A stretch of 64,000 nucleotides of DNA, taken from NCBI RefSeq assembly GCF_006345805.1, contig NC_043009.1, positions 68,200,001 through 68,264,000 of the forward strand. Reading direction: 5' to 3'. This document shows, piece by piece, positions 62,146 through 64,000 of the stretch; positions within the stretch are counted from its first letter, which is position 1, and every line of letters starts with the position of its first letter. The notes below the pieces were generated by a model. It had not been told where the DNA came from. It saw only the letters and a list, made by a program, of their open reading frames with translations, and did not search any database. The position numbers and the translations under genes are program-made. The stretch is from Octopus sinensis (Eukaryota).

Positions 62146-64000
62146 TATATATTTGCGTGTATGAGTTAGTTTATGCATGTCCATGCCTATATGTGCGTGT
62201 GTAGATAGAATCTAGCCAGGTATTTCTATGGTTCCAAGCTACTTCTTTAGACTATCAGGTAGAACCGTTTATTACGTGTATCGAAGAAATATACTAAAGC
62301 ACTTCATGAATCTGAGATAGAAGAGAAATAAATAAATATACCTTCATCAATATAAGAATATTAAATTGGTCAGTAGATGACTAGTCCGTGTGTCTAGAGT
62401 CCACTAATTCACCCTTTGAAACCTGTACAAAGAGACATCTGCACTGGCATTTATCTCTATACATCTATGTTTTAATGGCGGGTATCTTACAATGGAATTT
62501 CTTCTTGAACAAGAATAAAAACGCCATATCAGAAGATGGGTCCTCATTCGTACAAGTTTATATCAATGTGCTCGTCTGTGTATATGAATGTGCTCGTCTG
62601 TGTGTATGTGTGACTGTTGGTTTGAATGTGCATATGTCTGAGATCCTGCATGCATGTGTGTGTGTGTGTGTCTCTGTGTGTCTATGTGTGTGTGTGTGTG
62701 TGTATTTGTGCGTGTATTTGTGTGTGCGTGTGTATGTGTTAGTTTATACGAGAGTAGTTGACAATTATATGCTAAGTAAACTAAACTGCATGAGTTTAAG
62801 CTACTCCGAGTAAATAGTTTGTGGTTTGAAAAAGACGGTAAAAAAAGGGGAAAATGTAAGACAACAATGAAATCGAAGACTACAGCGGCGTTGATACGCT
62901 GAAGTGGGGGTTTTCACGCCGCAGCATGACTTGCTAGAAATAACAGCTAAATTTACTTGTCACAGCTGGGTATCTATGAAAGGCTCAGGAAACAAAGATA
63001 TATAATACCTCTCTTCTATAAAGAGAAACTTTTTTTTTCCTTTTGTGTACCTGAAATGAGGAAAGGAAACCGTTTTCTCGCGACATTTCATTTGAAGTAT
63101 CTAAAGAGATCCTGCCAAATACTCTGCATCAAATAATCTTAAGCTTAGGTTAATATTTTTGTCATTTTCTGAAAAATCCAAGTGGCCCCATGTCTGAATC
63201 CGTTCCTTGAATGTGACCCATTTCTACAACTGGCCCAGTTAAAAACTTTGATCGTTTAGTGTTGTTGCGGTATTCTTTTGATCACTTTTGATTTTTTATT
63301 GATATTCTGAAGGATTTTCACTGTTCTGTCCACAGAGGAATCATATCTAGGAGGGTGCGCGGAAAAATTCCTGACTTTGAGAGTATCGCGAAAGACCTGC
63401 GTATGTTTTAACATTATTTCATGAAAAATTGTTATTTTTCGAGGTTCCAATCTTAAATCACTGAAATTAGTTTTTCCCTATTTGATTACATTTCTCGACA
63501 GATTGTATGATTCACACGCATGTGTGAATACATATCTGTACATGCTGTGTATTTATGTACAGAATACGTGGATCTATGTCTAATCGTAATCTTTAAAATA
63601 ACCAGGATGTCACATTTGTCTCTTCAACAACTTGGTTTCCTCATACATTTCATAAGTAAATTATTCAATCGTATTAAGCAAAGATCTTTTTCCTTAAAAA
63701 TGGGAACAAAACAAAAATGAAATTTATAGTATTTAACTGATCGATGCAAAATTACAAAACTTAATGTTGTCACATAAATGAAACGGAGTATGTTGTAAGG
63801 TATCCTTTATTTAGAATATTTTTGTGGATTCACAAACTTTTAGAGATACGAAGAAATACATGATCCAAACAATAAACCGGTTATAATCCCGCTCTGAACG
63901 ATTATTTCAAAGATGCGTATTTCATTAAAAAACAAAAGCATACATTAAAAAGAGAGTTATCCGGAAACAAAGCCGAGGCGGAGCACTTAGCTGCAGTTCT

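Noticed and set aside
63256-63450. HPPRYDSSVD as a Tc1-like WPPxSPDL motif
   Set aside because: Too degenerate; no TIRs or other DDE motifs found.

Overview
AT-rich, microsatellite-dense, non-coding eukaryotic DNA. From the SINE families present I infer an octopod (Octopus-like) genome; no database search was run. I cannot support any host protein-coding exon, rRNA, true tRNA gene or CRISPR array. The supplied ORFs I could explain are microsatellite read-throughs or transposon remnants. The window contains: (i) many tRNA-derived SINEs of about four families; (ii) internally deleted mariner elements, a fold-back mariner MITE and a Tc1/mariner-type MITE; (iii) one complete non-autonomous Helitron and a second Helitron 3' end; (iv) many Penelope-like element (PLE) remnants with RT or GIY-YIG fragments, mostly embedded in (TA)n tracts; (v) several unrelated minimal type I hammerhead ribozyme (HHR) motifs, including a family with a fixed non-canonical CUGUYGA core and one HHR preceded by a tRNA-like module; (vi) many fold-back palindromes; (vii) two interleaved inverted duplications (A-B-A'-B', about 94% and 99% identical) whose outer breakpoints both sit on TATCGA. 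A 100-N scaffold gap lies at 15234-15333. SINE and decayed-element boundaries are approximate.
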